A stretch of 64,000 nt of DNA. Source: an uncultured Acidimicrobiia bacterium. Lineage in GTDB: Bacteria; Actinomycetota; Acidimicrobiia; Spongiisociales; UBA5794. The stretch covers positions 33,087 to 97,086 of the forward strand of contig CBDUOH010000001.1 in the NCBI GenBank assembly GCA_965368815.1, in the 5' to 3' direction. The notes below the pieces were generated by a model, which was given only the letters and a program-made list of their open reading frames with translations, was not told where the DNA came from and ran no database searches. A program made the translations under genes and the position numbers. Shown here piece after piece: positions 63,174-64,000 of this stretch. Each line of letters opens with the position of its first letter. The first letter of the stretch is position 1.

Positions 63174-63190
63174 CGGCAGGTAGCCTGCCG
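63174..63190 (+). terminator. Possible stem-loop after the BMC operon
   Basis: cggcagg-tag-cctgccg is a 7-bp GC stem with a 3-nt loop, 18 nt after the stop at 63156. There is no U-tract, and it abuts the next start codon, so it could instead affect translation of the lipoprotein gene. Confidence 0.3.
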
Positions 63191-63191
63191 T

Positions 63192-63563
63192 GTGATGAGA
63201 ACCCGTCTCCACATCGTGCTGCTCGTCGGTGCGCTCCTCGTAGCGGGATGCTCGGGTGGGAGCGCGGCGTCCAGTTGCGACGATCTTGCCGCTGAGACCA
63301 TTGATCTGCTCCAGGCGCTCATCGATGACGTCGATGCCGAGTTCGATTCGATGAGCATCGAGGAGTTCATCGCCCAGGGTGAGAATCTGCCCTCCCTGGA
63401 GTCGTTCCGTGAGAAATCGGCTGCGATCGACCGACGTGCCGAGGAACTCGAATGCACCGAACTCGAGATAACGACAGGTGTCGCACAACGCGTCGGTGAA
63501 CTGACAGCGAAGACCCGACTCGGCCAATTCGTGATCAACCTGCTCACTTCCGGGGGCCTGTAG
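63192..63563 (+). CDS. Small lipoprotein, unknown function
   Basis: MMRTRLHIVLLVGALLVAGC has a lipobox (LVAGC). The mature part is helical and acidic. Start is GTG 63192 or ATG 63195. Confidence 0.6.
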   Translation: MMRTRLHIVLLVGALLVAGCSGGSAASSCDDLAAETIDLLQALIDDVDAEFDSMSIEEFIAQGENLPSLESFREKSAAIDRRAEELECTELEITTGVAQRVGELTAKTRLGQFVINLLTSGGL

Positions 63564-63572
63564 CTCGAACGG

Positions 63573-64000
63573 TCAGAGGAGTCGGGCTGCTGGCTCGTCG
63601 AGTATCCAAAGGACCCGACCCCGTGCTGTGACGTGCGCTGCTGGCACGTCGTCGCCGGCAGCCACCTGCGCCACCATGTCCGCCTTGGCCGAGCCCATGA
63701 CCACGAAGAGCACGAGATCGGTGCTGTCCATGAGTGGGTAGGTGGCGGTGAGGCGCCATGTGTCGAGTTTGTCGACCCAGTTCGCGACGTAGAGGTGGTC
63801 ATCGACGGCGAGAGCGGTCGTTGCGGGAAACAGCGATGCAGTGTGACCATCGTCGCCCATCCCGAGCATCAATACGGACGGCGTCGATCCTCCTATGGCG
63901 TGTTCGACGAGCACGCGCTCGAAACTGTGAGCCGCCTCGTGCGGGTCGGCCATCGTTGTGTCCGGGGCGAGGAATCGCACACCGGTCGGTTCGACGAGCG
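63573..64000 (-). CDS. pgl: 6-phosphogluconolactonase (C-terminal part; the gene continues beyond the window end)
   Basis: LMLGMGDDGHTASLFP is the Pgl/NagB-family signature. The reading frame stays open to position 64000, so the ORF-track Met at 63980 is not the true start. Confidence 0.8.
   Translation of the reverse strand, partial: LVEPTGVRFLAPDTTMADPHEAAHSFERVLVEHAIGGSTPSVLMLGMGDDGHTASLFPATTALAVDDHLYVANWVDKLDTWRLTATYPLMDSTDLVLFVVMGSAKADMVAQVAAGDDVPAAHVTARGRVLWILDEPAARLL

Noticed and set aside
63573-64000. The pgl fragment considered as a functional part of the microcompartment operon.
   Set aside because: It is on the opposite strand, separated from the operon by a lipoprotein gene, and truncated by the window edge. 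The link to pentose-phosphate metabolism is noted under the BMC finding but not claimed.

Overview
High-GC, tightly packed actinobacterial-type chromosome segment (the taxon is an inference from codon style and gene content). I call about 57 protein genes and recognised no rRNA, tRNA, CRISPR array, IS element or prophage. All functions come from reading motifs in the supplied translations from memory; no searches were run. Starts were re-chosen by hand where the ORF track begins upstream of an obvious signal peptide, Rossmann fold or overlapping stop. Start codons are therefore the weakest coordinates.

The window has three blocks.

(1) 0.2-41.3 kb is a large cell-envelope glycopolymer super-cluster.
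- It holds at least 12 glycosyltransferases, including three fused dual-GT proteins and one ~1150-aa methyltransferase/coiled-coil/GT2/GT4 protein.
- It also encodes WecB, an NDP-6-deoxyhexose cassette and a TagGH/Wzm-Wzt-like ABC-2 exporter.
- A processive QxxRW synthase, a GtrB-like polyprenyl-phosphate GT and a GT-C-like membrane protein are present.
- A Fom1/Fom2/FomC-like phosphonate module (cytidylyltransferase-PEP mutase fusion, phosphonopyruvate decarboxylase, Fe-alcohol dehydrogenase) is operonic with a TagF-like transferase and faces an LtaS-like transferase.
- Six secreted wall-active enzymes (M15, GH26-like, CAP, M23, YkuD, SpoIID) all carry the same FG-GAP-like GNPGD...GDWDGDG repeat module.

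(2) 41.5-57.7 kb is mostly housekeeping: korAB, amidase, DUF3048-like lipoprotein, AlkD-like protein, MlrC-like protein, sodX-sodN, murJ and two ABC pairs. The sodN nickel hook reads HCDLFCG, with Phe where the family has a conserved Pro.

(3) 57.7-63.2 kb is a bacterial microcompartment operon.
- Enzymes: RpiB, DeoC and an acylating aldehyde dehydrogenase, each with an N-terminal encapsulation-peptide-like helix.
- Shell: one BMC-H, two tandem-domain BMC-T and three BMC-P proteins.
- It matches the sugar-phosphate-utilising (SPU) class and has no phosphotransacylase or alcohol dehydrogenase in the window.

The best candidates for new biology are the CMP-hydroxyethylphosphonate/TagF-like wall-polymer hypothesis, the shared repeat module as a polymer-targeting domain, and the SPU-type microcompartment.
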